From assembly GCA_043228905.1 (NCBI GenBank), contig JBHGNT010000012.1, positions 8,928,001-8,992,000 on the forward strand: DNA of 64,000 bases, in the 5' to 3' direction. Origin of the DNA: Azolla caroliniana (taxonomy: Eukaryota; Plantae; Polypodiophyta). A program made the translations under genes and the position numbers. Shown here one piece after another: positions 47,142 to 60,300 of the stretch; position 1 is the stretch's first letter; each line of letters starts with the position of its first letter. Under the pieces are notes generated by a model. The model saw nothing but the letters and a program-made list of their open reading frames with translations, made no database searches and was not told the DNA's origin.

Positions 47142-49900
47142 TCTTGATCGTCCTCTTCATCATTTCCAACTTCGTGCTTGTCGTCGTGTGGGTCATCCTC
47201 CTTCGTTTCGTTCGTGTCATCATCCTCATTTAGGATATCCAGTAGAGTACATTCTTCTTCTTCGTTATCTGGAGTGTCATCCGAAGCTGGTTGACTTTCT
47301 TCATATTGTCATTTCTTAGTCCGCAAAGTAGACTCTACCTCTGCGTTTTCATGCTTTGTATCGATTCCTTGGATTGTATCATTTATTCGTACATTTTGGC
47401 CAGACTCTTCCTCAACCGGTTCCAGTTGGATCTTCTCCATTACTACGTCCTCATTTTCCTCTTGTTCACCTTCCTACCAAGTGTTCCCTTTCATAGGCAT
47501 CCCGCTCCAGTTGGAGTGTTATTTGTTGGTCATCGTATTCTCCCAGCAACTTGGTGATCTCATGCTTGTGGTGCTTGGTTAATTCATATAAAGCTCTTAC
47601 TTCATTTTACAGCTCTTCTTGTCGCCCTATCGTAGTGTCATGCTCGAAAATTAATTTCATTTTTGCCACTATGAGTGCGTTTCGCACGTTTTCGTTCTTT
47701 TCGGTGAGTTGTTGGTAGCATTGAGTCATGTCCTCTTTGTCAGCTTCGAATGTAGTGATGTGCATCTTATTTATCTCTGCATATGTGTTAAGAGCTTCTT
47801 GGAGGTCATCAATCATTCTGTTTTTCCTATTAAAATGTATTTTGAGAAGTGTGAGCCGACCGTTGAGCTGATCCATTTCCTCATGTCGAGCTCAAAGGAT
47901 GCTCTATAGTTCCTTCTTGAACTCTTCCATCTGATGATGGGCCCTCTGAAGTCAATCTCTCATGCATTGTACTTCGATCTCCACCTCTTGTCTTCATTTA
48001 TTGGCGTGTTTGGCGATCTCCTCCTTCGCTCGTAGTTAATCTTTGTTAGGTCCATGTGGGATTGCCGTTCCACATGAGCTCTTCATTTTTTGAGATTCAA
48101 AATCATGCGTACCTGTTTATTGGTGATCTTGTTGATGTTGATTTGTTTCTTTTCGGCTAGTTTCTTTTCTTAGATGTTCATGTTGTGGCGTTCTTTAGCC
48201 TTGTCCGCAACTGCTATGTGCATGGCAATGCTTTATTCATAGTTGTGGATGGTCATGTTGAAGTCTTCCTCGGTCTGAGTGTCTATTGTCGTATGGTCGT
48301 GAAGGTTGGTTGGGTCAGTTTGAGTAGCAATCTTGACCAGTTCGACGCAATTTGTTTGGGTTGATGCTTCTTGTGCCTTGGAAGTGAGAGGAGGCAAAGT
48401 GAGCGTTGAGGTCTGACCCATTCCTCGGAGTTGTTGCTTGAGTTCGGTCTTTTGGATCTCAGAGGCCTTCCACAAGTCGGTGGCGGTCTTTGCTTGTTGT
48501 CACGCTAATGTACATTTCGCAGCCATGGCGTTTACCACGTGCATTGTCCTCTCCCATTTCCAATATGTTTCCACAAGTGCCGTGTTAAGCTCTGGAAGCT
48601 AAATGCAAGTGTGTCGTTTCTTCGTGGCTCTTTTGAATCCTACCTTCCATAATTTCGGCTCATCGTCCAAAGCGGGCTCATTATTGAATGCCCTTTCAAT
48701 CAATTATTGCTCGACGTGTTCTTGGGCCATGCGAGCGGTGGCAACAACTTGGAGACTAGCTAGGAAGTCGATGAGTTCGTATGTTGTGCCATGTTGCAAA
48801 ATGGCACCAAGCTCGTATGCTTCCCTGGGAAGATCCTTGAAGGTTAGCACTTCATTTTCCAAAAATCACGATAGTTGGCCTTGTTTGATTGGTCTGTTCA
48901 GAGCCAACGTGGTGTTCAGAACTATCATGACTGATTTGTCTGGGACGACGATCACATGTTTATCGCTAGACGTGCTTTCCGTTGTTTGATCATCGCTGGG
49001 ACAGTTGATTTGTCGGCATTTCATGACCGGCTCTTTGGAGCAGTCCGTTCCTCACGACTTCTTTTCAATTGAGGTCTTGTGGATCGGAAAGTCTTTAGAG
49101 TGGGTTTCTGACTTTCTGTTTGGTTGGCAGGTCGTGGGCTAGGGGTAGAGCTAGGCGAAGTCAGTTTAGGTGTGGGTGTGAGGGGCGTATCGCGGCCGTG
49201 GATCATAATGTTATCTGTGTCCTTTGTAGTTTTCTCCGCCTGTGTTGAAGTGGAGGTTGGGTTTGGTGTGTTGTCCTACCATTCCTCGTATGACAATTGC
49301 AAGGCATGTTGTCATTTGGCCTGAGTGGGGGAAGTGGAAAGCGCCAAAGTTTGGCATGGCGTCGGCGTTTGGGGAGGATAGAGCATAGCGATGTACTGTG
49401 CCAGTATCGGTAAGAACCTTTTTCCTGATTGGAAGGTGGCGATGGCGACTCAGACTCCTTCTCTGATGATGATCCCCCAATCAATGGCTCTGCGTCGATA
49501 GGCCGTAATGATTAGGGCCGCCTTTTTCTTAGAAATACTGTAGGGGTTGGCGTTGACACAGGCTAACTCCCGGAGGATGTGGGCCAGGTTCCCAAAAAAA
49601 TCGTTGGGTCCTCCATGGGTGGGGTGGGCTTTAGTCGATACCAAATATTCACCAAAATGTTGCTTGAACATGTGTTAGGGTGGTGCATCGATGTCGTGCT
49701 CGCCCCCTCGCTATAAACCAAGTGTCGAGCGAATCATGTTGTTCGTAATGGTGTTTGGGTGTAGTTTCTTTGCTATGGCCTATGCTTCAGGGTGAGGAGC
49801 CGTGTCGAGAACATTGAGATAACCTCCCAGGTCGTGCCTGGTGAGCCAAGTGCAGAGCTCCTATCATACGTCGATCGGCATGTTGGATTCGGAAGAGTAA
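47142..49900 (-). pseudogene. Gypsy-3 extra 3' ORF remnants (homolog of the Gypsy-1 extra ORF)
   Basis: YLVSTKAHPTHGGPNDFFGNLAHILRELACV..AALIITAYRRRAIDWGIIIREG aligns with YLASKAYRT.GGEDPLFREIARVLHEFGHV..AGLIIATYEGVKVDWAVLIADG; coiled-coil fragments downstream. Confidence 0.7.
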
Positions 49901-51973
49901 GAGAGTGCACCGGATGGAAATGGAGAGGGAGAAAGAGCTTGGTGTTAGGAAACAGGTCCCTCCGGATGGGAAGTGAGAAGACCCGGTGAGAACCGGATGA
50001 GGAGTACCCGGTGAGAACCGGATGAGGAGTACCCGGAAACGGAAGACCCGGTGAGAACTGGATGAGGAGTACCCAGAAAGCGCCGGATGATGCAGGCCCG
50101 GTGAGGAGTGCTCACCGGATGAAGGAACATATTCGTAAATATGTTTCTGAGAGTCCATCGGGGCTATATTTGTAAATAGCCAAAAATTCCTTTTAGTATA
50201 AATATGACTTAGGGAAAACTTAGTGAATAATGTTGTTGTCATTCTTGTTGGCGCAAGATTAGAGCGCAACAGTGTACAGAGAGAGAGAGAGAGAGGAAGA
50301 GGTTGTTGCCTCTGTTGTAACCACCGCCTGTGGCGAAGATAACAAGCTCGAGGTCGTTGCCTCAGTGCTTTACCATTGTACATTGTGATATAGTGATAGT
50401 TTGCAGTCTGTGGGCTGCCGTGGTTTTTTCCCTAGTTTGGGTTTTCCACGTTAACATCCTGTGTACTCTTCTCTCCATTGTGTCATGCATTCATTCCCGT
50501 TTTTCTGTGTTTTGATTCTAAGCTTGGTTGTGGCCAAGCGTTGTTCATCGGGAGCGCATAGTTCTTGTACAAAGTGGTATTAGAGCGAAAGGACACAGAA
50601 AATGGATGAATCGTTGGGAGGCATGTTCAAGCTCACCGCTCCAACTATTCTGTGTGGAGGTTGAAGATGAGGGACATGCTTGTGGTTAAAGATCTTTGGT
50701 TGCCGGTTCAGTTCGGGGACAAGAGACCGGACAAAATCGGCGCCACGATATGCGAGATGATGCACATGAAGACAACGGCGTACATACGGTACTTCATCGA
50801 CATGAGCCTATACAACAACTTCAATGAAGAGAACAAGGCTCATGAGCTCTAGGAGAAGATCGGCATTATGTTTCAGAACAAAAATGCTATTAACCAGGTT
50901 TCGGTATTCCGGAAGATAGTAAGACTCCGGTACCAAGATGGCTTCAGCATGGCGGAGCACATGAATGCCTTCCAGGGGCTGATATACCAAGCAACATCAT
51001 TGGAAGTACCTCTCACCGATAAGGTACTAGCGCTACTCCTGCTCGGTTCCCTCCCGGATAGCTGGGAGACGTTGGTTGTCACTTTGGGCAACGCCAGGCC
51101 AAAAGGGAAACGGTTATCCCTAGCAAGAGTGAAGTCGAGCTTGCTAGATGAGGAGGCGCGTCGGAAAGATAAGGATACAAGCTCCGACACCAAAGCGCTC
51201 CTTACCGAATCGGAACGCGGAAGACAAAGGAACCGTAGTCCCCAAAACCGGGAAAAGTCGGGGACATGGTCAAAGTCAAGGGGGAGGCCTACTTACTTCT
51301 ATTGCGGCAAGCCGGGACACTTCCAGAAGAACTGTCGGCATTTCCGAAAAGACAAGGAAACCGAAGGTACTGATTCGAAGTGGACACCGGACCGGAACGG
51401 TAAAGACCGGAGGGGGCCGGACCGGAAGGGAATGACGGCAATCGCGGCAAGTGAAGAAGAGTTGATGCTCATCACCGAGGAGAGTGAGCTAAACCTTGCC
51501 GGCGACGAGATGACTTGGGTGATCGACTCCGAAGCGTCATTCCACCTTACCCTGAACCAGAAATGCTTCTTATCCTACTCAGTCGGTGATCACGATTGTG
51601 TCCGGATGGGGAATGAAGGTACATGCCGAATTGTCGGCATAGGAGACATGTGGTTGACAACGCCAACCGGATGCAAGTTGCTGCTGAAGGATGTCCGACA
51701 CGTTCCGGAGGTTTGTCTAAACCTGATATCAGCCGGTCGGCTAGATGATAAAGGCTACACGGATAGCATCCAGAACGGTGTTATGAAGTTCAGCAAAGGG
51801 AGCCTGATTGTGGCTCAGGCCCGGAAGGTCAACACACTGTACCTGATGAATGCCCGGTTATGTCCGGATGAAGTGAACGTGGCATCCGACATTGCCGGTG
51901 AGCTGTGGCACAAGAGGCTGTGTCACATGAGCGAGAAGGGGATAAAGAGGCTTGTAGACGACAACCTCATTTC

Positions 51974-54900
51974 TGTTGGGAATCAACGCTTCGATTCACC
52001 TTCACCACTCGGCCACAACCGAGTAAGCGCGAATCAATGCAACAGAAAATAGGAACCACAGAGAGAAACACACGAATGCACAGGGATTTAACGTGGAAAG
52101 CCCTATACGGGAAAAACCACGGGAGTACAAGACTCCAAACCAACACTATACAAGGAGAAGTATACAATGGCGAGCTGCAAGGCGACGACCTTGAGCTCGC
52201 ATTCCTCGCCACAGGCGGCGGTATTACACAGAGGCTTCGACCTCCTCGTCTCTCACGCTCTATCTCTCTCTCTCTCTCACGGCTGCTCACTCTTCACTCC
52301 TCTTGAGTGGAAAAACAAAAAAATGATCAACAACAACAAAACAGTTTGCCCTAAGTCATATTTATACTTATATGACTTTGGGCTATTTACAACTATGGCC
52401 TCAGGGGCCCATAGCGAACATATTCACGGATATGTCCCTGCATCCGGATCACTCTCCGGGTACATTCGTCATCCGGCACCGAAGCCGGGGTCTTCGTCAT
52501 CCGGATCCGAAACCGAAACCGGGCTCGTCGGCATTCATCTCCGACATCCGACCATCCCATCCGAAGGGACCGTAATCCCAACAAACTCCCCCTTCACTTC
52601 GGCATGGGATGTCTCTCCAATCCGATCCTCTTCCGGCATGCTTCCAGCTTGTCGGGTGTGAGGACCTTGGTCATCATATCCGACCCGTTCTCGTCCGTGT
52701 GGATCTTTGTCAGCACGAACTCCTTGTCTTCTATCCTTTCCCGGATCCAGTGATATCTTCGCTGGATGTGCTTCGTCCGGGAGTGATAGGCCGCGTTCTT
52801 CGCAAGGTGGATTGCACTCTGACTGTCGCAGTAGAGTCGGTACTCCTCCTGTCGGATACCGAGCTCTCTAATGAAGTCCTTCATCCATATTATTTCCTTG
52901 CCGGCTTCAACAGCCGCCATGTACTCCGCCTCTGTGGTTGACAACGCAACCGTCTTCTGCAGCCTCGACTGCCATGAAACAGCCCCCCCTGCATACATCA
53001 TCACATACCCTGATGTGGACCGGCTGGTATCTGCATCAGCCGACATATCCGAATCGGTGAAGCCGTCGAGTTCGGGCTTCCCGGAGCCGAATCGGAGGCA
53101 CACGTTTGCCGTGCCCTTCAGGTATCGGAGTATCCACTTGACCGCGTTCCAGTGCTCTTTGCCGGGATTGCTCATGTACCGACTTACCGCTCCGACTGCA
53201 TATCCGATGTCCGGTCGGGTACACACCATTGCGTACATCAAGCTCCCGACGGCAGAGGCATATGGTACTTTCATCATGTCCTCCTTCTCAGCATTTGTCT
53301 TGGGGCTTTGCTTGCTGGACAACTTGCAGTTTGCCGGGAGGGTCGATCCGACCGGTCTTGCTTCCGACATGTTGAACCGGTGAAGCACCTTTGTCACGTA
53401 CTTCTCCTGTGACAGCCACAACTGCTTCTTGCTCCGGTCCCGGATGATGTGCATCCCTAGTATTTGTCTCGCCGGACCCAAGTCCTTCATTGAGAAGGTT
53501 CGGTGAAGAGCCCTCTTCAGCATCCGTATCTTGACCTGGTCCCGTCCGACGATCAACATGTCGTCCACGTACAGGAGGAGTATTAGAAAGTCTCCTCCTT
53601 CGAACTTCTTCACAAACACGCAGTGGTCGGACTGCGTTTTGAGGTACCCTTCGTCGGTCATAAAGGAGTCGAACTTCCGGTACCATTGTCGGGGAGCCTG
53701 CTTCAGTCCGTAAAGGCTCTTCTTCAACCGGCATACCAGGTGCTCCTTCCCTTTCTTCTCGAATCCTTCCGGTTGCTGCATGTAGATCTCTTCATCGAGG
53801 TCACCGTGAAGGAATGCCATCTTCACGTCCATCTGTTCTACCTCGAGGTCCATGCTTGCCGCTATGCTCAGCACCGTCCGGATGGAGGTCATCTTCACTA
53901 CCGGGGCAAATATCTCGTCGAAGTCGACGCCCTTCTTCTGCTGAAACGCCTTCACCACGATCCTGGCTTTGTATCTCGGGGGGTTTCCGGCATCTCCCGG
54001 CTTCAGCTTGAACACCCACTTGTTTCGAAGTGCCCGCTTTCCTTTCGGCAACTCCACAAGTTCATATGTGTGGTTCTCATGCAGGGAATCCATCTCGTCC
54101 TGCATGGCACTCAACCACCTGCGGCTCTGGGTGTCGTGCTTTGCTTCTTCAAAGCTCTCCGGCTCCCCCTCGTCGGTTAGCAGCACGTGCTCTGGATCCG
54201 GAAATCTCCGGGGGGCCCTCCTCTCTCTTAGAGGATATCTCCGTTCGGGAGCTTCGGTAACCAGTTCTTCCGATTCTTCTTCATCATCCGAATCCATTTC
54301 GGGATCGGGGCCGGTTCCGGTATCATTTTCATCTTCTTCGGCCGGTTCTGTTTCTTCACCGTCTTCGGCCGGATCCTCGAGTGCTAACCGGTCCCTTGCC
54401 GGTCGGGACTGCTCCTCGTAGAGTTGATCCTCACCGGTCGACTTGGAGCTCTTCATCTTCTTCTCCGACTCCCAGTCGGCGAGTGTCTTGTTCTCCATGA
54501 AGATGATATCACGACTCCGGAATATCTTCTTGTCGACCGGGTCCCATACTCGGTAGCCGAACTCGTCATCGCCGTAACCGAGGAATATGCATGGCCGGGT
54601 CTTTGGATCTAGCTTTCCTCTCCGGTCCTTTGCCACATGCACGTATGCGAGACACCCGAACACCTTCAGATGCCGGTAGGATACTTCCCTACCGGTCCAC
54701 ACTCTCTGCGGCGTGTCTCCGTCCAAAGGTACTGAGGGTGATCGGTTTATCACATATGTCGCCGTCGACATTGCCTCAGCCCAAAACCCCTTGGGTAATT
54801 TCGCATGCGCCAGCATACTCCGGACCCTCTCCATTATGGTCTGGTTCATCCTCTCGGCCAGCCCGTTCAGTTCCGGCGTCTTCGGCACAGTAAACTCGAG

Positions 54901-57310
54901 CCGGATTCCCTTCGAGCGACAGTACTCCTGGAACTGTCCCCGGTATTCCCCTCCGTTATCCGCTCGTATCGCTTTCAGCTTCTTGCCGGATTCTCTTTCC
55001 ACTCTCGCGTGGAGTTCTTTGAAGACGGACAACACTTGGTCCTTTGTCTTCATCGGTGCCGTCCACAGTCTTCGGCTGTGATCATCTATGAATGTTACGA
55101 AGTACTGGGCTCCGCCATGTGACTTCGTTTCTACCTGACACACGTCGGTGTGCACCAACTCCAATGGTGCGCTACGTCTCGTCGGTGGCCTTGAGTGGAA
55201 GGAGGTTCGGTTCTGCTTACCGGCCAGGCAATCGGTGCACTTCTCCAGGTGCACATGCTTCACTGGAATAAGGTTGTCTTCTGCAAGCCTCTTCATCCCC
55301 TTCTCACTCATGTGGCACAGTCTTTTGTGCCACAGCTCACCGGCAGTGTCGGCTGCCACATTCAGCTCTTCCGGACATAACCGGGCATTCATCAGGTACA
55401 GAGTGTTGTCTTTCCGGGCCCGAGCCACTATCAGGCTCCCCTTGCTGAACTTCATTACGCCGTTCCGGATGCTACCTATGTAGCCTTCATCGTCTAGCCT
55501 CCCGGCCGAAATCAGGTTCAATCGAACCTCCGGAACGTGTCGGACATCCTTCAGCAGCATTTTGCATCCGGTCGGGGTTGTCAACCACACGTCTCCTATG
55601 CCGGCAATCCGGCACGTACCTTCATTTCCCATCCAAACACAGCCATGCTCACCGGCTGTGTAGGATGAGAAGTATCTTCTCTCCGGGGTCAGGTGGAACG
55701 ATGCTCCGGAATCGACCACCCAGGTCGTCTCATCGCCGACAATGTTTAGTTCACCTTCTTCGGTGATGAGCATGATTTCTTCCTCACTTGCCGCGAGTGC
55801 CGTTGTTCCTTTCCAGTCCTGCCCTCGCCGATCCGAACCTCTCCGGTCCGTGGCTCCCCGGTATGCACCGTTTCTCTCCGGTGACTTCTTCGAATCGGTG
55901 TCGTCGGCTCCGTTGTCTTTTCGGTAATGCCGACAATTCTTTCGGAAGTGCCCCGGCTTCCCACAGTGGAAGCATGTGGGCCTTCCTCTTGACTGCGACC
56001 GGGTCCCCGACTTCTCCCGTCTTTGCGGACTCCGGTTCCATTGTCTTCCCCGATCCGATTCGGTAAGCAGCGCCTTCGAGTCGGAGGCCGGTTCTTTATC
56101 TCTCCGACGCGCTTCTTCGTTCAAAATACTTGTCTTTACCGTTTGTAGGGACAAGTTATCTTCGGTGCAGGAGGTGCTGAGAGTCACCACCAAGTTCTCC
56201 CAGCTTTCCGGCAATGTACACATCAGGATGATGGCTTGCATTGCATCCTCCAACGGGAACTTGATCGCCGCAAGCTGATTCACGAATCCCATGAACGTGC
56301 TTACGTGTTCCACCATACTCTCGCCGTCCCGGTACTTGAGGTTCACTATCTTCCTCATCAGGGAGGTCCGATTCAACGCATTCTTCCTCTCGTAGAGGCC
56401 CGACAGCTTCTTCCACATTTCATATGCGTTGGTGTCATTTGCCACATGTTGTAGGACGCTCACGTCGACGTATTGCCGAATGGTTGCAACGGCTTTCCGG
56501 TTCAGAAGCCTCCATTCCGACTCAAGTACCCCTTTCGGTATTTCCGACCTGTCAATCGGTTCGTACATGTCCCGAACAATCAGAAGATCTTCCATCTTGA
56601 TCTTCCAGTCGGCGTAGTTCTGCGCAGTCAGCACCATCATCCCCGGCTGCCCGCTGCCGCCGCCTTCCATTTTCTGCAGAACCTCGCTCTGATACCAGTT
56701 TGTTGGGAATCAACGCTTCGATTCACCTTCACCACTCGGCCACAACCGAGTAAGCGCGAATCAATGCAACAGAAAATAGGAACCACAGAGAGAAACACAC
56801 GAATGCACAGGGATTTAACGTGGAAAGCCCTATACGGGAAAAACCACGGGAGTACAAGACTCCAAACCAACACTATACAAGGAGAAGTATACAATGGCGA
56901 GCTGCAAGGCGACGACCTTGAGCTCGCATTCCTCGCCACAGGCGGCGGTATTACACAGAGGCTTCGACCTCCTCGTCTCTCACGCTCTATCTCTCTCTCT
57001 CTCTCACGGCTGCTCACTCTTCACTCCTCTTGAGTGGAAAAACAGAAAAATGATCAACAACAACAAAACAGTTTGCCCTAAGTCATATTTATACTTATAT
57101 GACTTTGGGCTATTTACAACTATGGCCTCAGGGGCCCATAGCGAACATATTCACGGATATGTCCCTGCATCCGGATCACTCTCCGGGTACATTCGTCATC
57201 CGGCACCGAAGCCGGGGTCTTCGTCATCCGGATCCGAAACCGAAACCGGGCTCGTCGGCATTCATCTCCGACATCCGACCATCCCATCCGAAGGGACCAT
57301 AATCCCAACA
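51974..57310 (-). mobile_element. Copia-6: intact, young Ty1/copia element
   Basis: 610-bp LTRs 56701-57310 and 51974-52583 (2 differences seen by eye), TSD atttc (51969-51973, 57311-57315), PBS tggtatcagagc 56686-56697, PPT next to 52584. Confidence 0.98.
52594..56670 (-). CDS. Copia Gag-Pol polyprotein (1358 aa): Gag, CCHC, PR, IN, RT, RNase H
   Basis: Uninterrupted ORF: CFHCGKPGHFRKNC, VVDSGAS, HTD/ADNGGE/AER, YVDD, DSD..E..D..D. Confidence 0.97.
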   Translation of the reverse strand: MEGGGSGQPGMMVLTAQNYADWKIKMEDLLIVRDMYEPIDRSEIPKGVLESEWRLLNRKAVATIRQYVDVSVLQHVANDTNAYEMWKKLSGLYERKNALNRTSLMRKIVNLKYRDGESMVEHVSTFMGFVNQLAAIKFPLEDAMQAIILMCTLPESWENLVVTLSTSCTEDNLSLQTVKTSILNEEARRRDKEPASDSKALLTESDRGRQWNRSPQRREKSGTRSQSRGRPTCFHCGKPGHFRKNCRHYRKDNGADDTDSKKSPERNGAYRGATDRRGSDRRGQDWKGTTALAASEEEIMLITEEGELNIVGDETTWVVDSGASFHLTPERRYFSSYTAGEHGCVWMGNEGTCRIAGIGDVWLTTPTGCKMLLKDVRHVPEVRLNLISAGRLDDEGYIGSIRNGVMKFSKGSLIVARARKDNTLYLMNARLCPEELNVAADTAGELWHKRLCHMSEKGMKRLAEDNLIPVKHVHLEKCTDCLAGKQNRTSFHSRPPTRRSAPLELVHTDVCQVETKSHGGAQYFVTFIDDHSRRLWTAPMKTKDQVLSVFKELHARVERESGKKLKAIRADNGGEYRGQFQEYCRSKGIRLEFTVPKTPELNGLAERMNQTIMERVRSMLAHAKLPKGFWAEAMSTATYVINRSPSVPLDGDTPQRVWTGREVSYRHLKVFGCLAYVHVAKDRRGKLDPKTRPCIFLGYGDDEFGYRVWDPVDKKIFRSRDIIFMENKTLADWESEKKMKSSKSTGEDQLYEEQSRPARDRLALEDPAEDGEETEPAEEDENDTGTGPDPEMDSDDEEESEELVTEAPERRYPLRERRAPRRFPDPEHVLLTDEGEPESFEEAKHDTQSRRWLSAMQDEMDSLHENHTYELVELPKGKRALRNKWVFKLKPGDAGNPPRYKARIVVKAFQQKKGVDFDEIFAPVVKMTSIRTVLSIAASMDLEVEQMDVKMAFLHGDLDEEIYMQQPEGFEKKGKEHLVCRLKKSLYGLKQAPRQWYRKFDSFMTDEGYLKTQSDHCVFVKKFEGGDFLILLLYVDDMLIVGRDQVKIRMLKRALHRTFSMKDLGPARQILGMHIIRDRSKKQLWLSQEKYVTKVLHRFNMSEARPVGSTLPANCKLSSKQSPKTNAEKEDMMKVPYASAVGSLMYAMVCTRPDIGYAVGAVSRYMSNPGKEHWNAVKWILRYLKGTANVCLRFGSGKPELDGFTDSDMSADADTSRSTSGYVMMYAGGAVSWQSRLQKTVALSTTEAEYMAAVEAGKEIIWMKDFIRELGIRQEEYRLYCDSQSAIHLAKNAAYHSRTKHIQRRYHWIRERIEDKEFVLTKIHTDENGSDMMTKVLTPDKLEACRKRIGLERHPMPK

Positions 57311-60300
57311 ATTTCAGTGAAGAACGTGCATTTGGAGAAGTGCACTGATTGTCTGGCCGGTAAACAAAACCGGACCTCCTTCCGATCGAGGCCACCGATG
57401 AGACGTAATGCACCACTGGAGTTGGTGCATACTGATGTATGTCAAGTGGACACGAAGTCACATGCCGGATCGCAGTACTTTGTGACGTTCATAGATGACC
57501 ATAGCCGGAAGTTGTGGGCCACACCGTTGAAGACGAAGGATCATGCGCTATCCGTCTTCAAATATCTCCACGCGAGAGTGAAAGAGAGACCGGCCGGAAG
57601 CTGAAGGTGGTTCGAGCAGATAACGGAGGTGAATACCGGGGGCAGTTCGAGGAGTACTGTCGCTCGAAGGGAATCCGGCTCGAATTTACCATGCTGAAGA
57701 CACCGGAACTAAACGGGGCTGGCCGAGAGGATGAATCGGACCATAATGGAAAGGGTCCAGAGTATGCTGGCGCATGCAAAATTACCCAAGACGTTTTGGG
57801 TTGAGGCCTTGGATGTATCTGATAAACAGATCACCCTCAGTGCCCTTGGATGGAGACACACCGCAGACAGCCTGGATTGGTAAGGAAGTGTCCTACCGGC
57901 ATCTAAAGGTGTTCGGGTGTCTCGTGTACGTGTATGTAGCTAAGGACCGGAGAGGAGAACTAGATCCGAAGACCTGGCCATGCATATTCCTCGGTTACGG
58001 CGACGATGAGTTCGACTACCGAGTGTGGGACCTGGTCGACAAGAAGGTATTCCGGAGTAGAGATATTATCTTCATGAAGGACAAGATGCTCGCCGACTGG
58101 TAGTCGGAGAAGAAGATAATGAACTCCGAGTCGACCGGTAAGGATCGATTCTACGATGAGCAAACCCAATCGGCAAGAGACCGGTTAACACTCGAGGAAT
58201 CAGCCGGTTATGATGAGGATACCGAACCGGCAGAAGAAGAAGTAGAGGAAGCTGAAACCGGAACCGGCCAAGACCCCGAATCGGATGAGGATGAGGAGCA
58301 AATGGAGGAGCCGGTTACCGAAGCCCAGAGACGGAGATATCCTCTCAGAGAGAGAAGGGCCCCCCGAAGATTTCTGGATGCAGAGCATATGCTGCTAACC
58401 GATGAGGGGGAGCCAAAAAGCTTCGAAGAAGCAAAGGATGACACCCACAGCCGCAAATGGTTAAGTGCCATGCAAGATGAGATAGATTCCCTGCATGAGA
58501 ACCATACGTACGAATTGGTGGGGTTGCCGAAAGGAAAGCGGGCACTCCGAAACAAATGGGTGTACAAGTTGAAAGCGGGAGATGCCGGCAACCCCCTGAG
58601 ATACAAAGCCAGGATCCTGGTGAAGGGGTTCTAGCAGAAGAAGGGCGTGGACTTCGACGAGATATTTGCCCCGGTAGTAAAGATGACCTCCATCCAGACG
58701 GTGCTGAGTATAGCAGCAAGCATGGACCTCGAGGTAGAGCAGCTAGATGTGAAGACGGCATTCCTTCACGGTGACCTCAAAGAGGAGATCTACATGCAGC
58801 AACCGGAAGGATTCGTGGAGAAAGGGAAGGAGCAACTAGTTTGCCAGTTGAAGAAGAGCTTGTACGGACTGAAGCAGGCTCCCCGACAATGGTACCGGAA
58901 GTTCGACTCCTTCATGACCGATCAAGGGTACCACAAGACGCAGGCCAATCACTGCGTGTTTGTGAAGAAGTTCGAAGGAGACGACTTCCTGATACTCCTT
59001 CTGTACGTGGACGACGTATTGATCATCGGACGGGACCAAGCCAATACGGATGCTGAAGAAGGCTCTCAACCGGACCTTCTCAATGAAAGACTTGGGTCCA
59101 GCAAGACAGATGTTGGGGATGCATATCATCCGGAACCGGCCAACGAAGCAATTGTGGTTGTCACAGGAGAAGTACGTGACAAAGGTGCTTCAGCGGTTCA
59201 ACATGTCAGATGCGAAACCGGCGGGATGGACACTTCCGGCAAACTGCAGATAATGTTGTGTACCCGACCGGATATAGGATACGCAGTCGGAGTGGTGAGC
59301 CGGTTTATGAGAAATCTCGGCAAGGAGCATTGGAATGCGTTCAAATGGATACTTCGGTACTTAAAGGGCACTTCAAATATGTGTCTCTGATTCGGCTCTG
59401 GTAAACCTCAACTTGACGGTTTTACCGATTCAGACATGTCCACTGATGTGGATAGCAACCGGTCTACATCCGGGTATGTAATGACATATGCAGGGGGAGC
59501 TGTTTCGTGGCAATCGAGGCTACAGAAGACGGTTGCGTTGTCAACCATGGAGGCGGAGTACATGGCAGTTGTGGAAGCCGGCAAGGAAATATTATAGATG
59601 AAGGATTTAATCGGAGAGCTCGGTATCCGGCAAGATGAATACCGGCTCTATTGCGACAGTCAAAGTGTCATCCACCTTGCTAAGAATGCGGCCTACCATT
59701 CCCGGACGAAGCATATCCAGCGTAGGTATCACTGGATCCGGGAAAGAGTAGATGACCAAGAGTTCGCGCTGATGAAGATCCACACGGCTGAGAATGGATC
59801 AGATATGCTGACCAAAGTACTGACACCTAACAAGCTGGATGCATGTCGGAAGCGGGTCGAACTAGTAAGACATCCCATGCCAGAGTGAAGGGGGAGTTTG
59901 TTAGGAAACAGGTCCCTCCGGATGAGAAGTGAGAAGACCTGGTGAGAACCGGATGAGTACCCGGTAACGGAAGACCCAGTGAGAACCAAATGAGGAGTAC
60001 CCGGAAACGGAAGACCCGGTGAGAACCAGATGAGGAGTACCCGGAAAGCGCCGGATGATGCAGGCCCGGTGAGCAATGCTCACCAGATGAAGGAACATAT
60101 TCGTAAGTATGTTTCTGAGAGTCCATCGGGGCTATATTTGTAAATAGCCGAAAAGTCATTTTAGTATAAATATGACTTAGGGCAAACTTAGTGAATAATG
60201 TTGTTGTCATTCTTGTTGGCGCAAGATTAGAGCGCAACAGTGTACAGAGAGAGAGAGAGAGAGAGAGGAAGAGGTCGTTGCCTCTGTTGTAACCGCCGCC

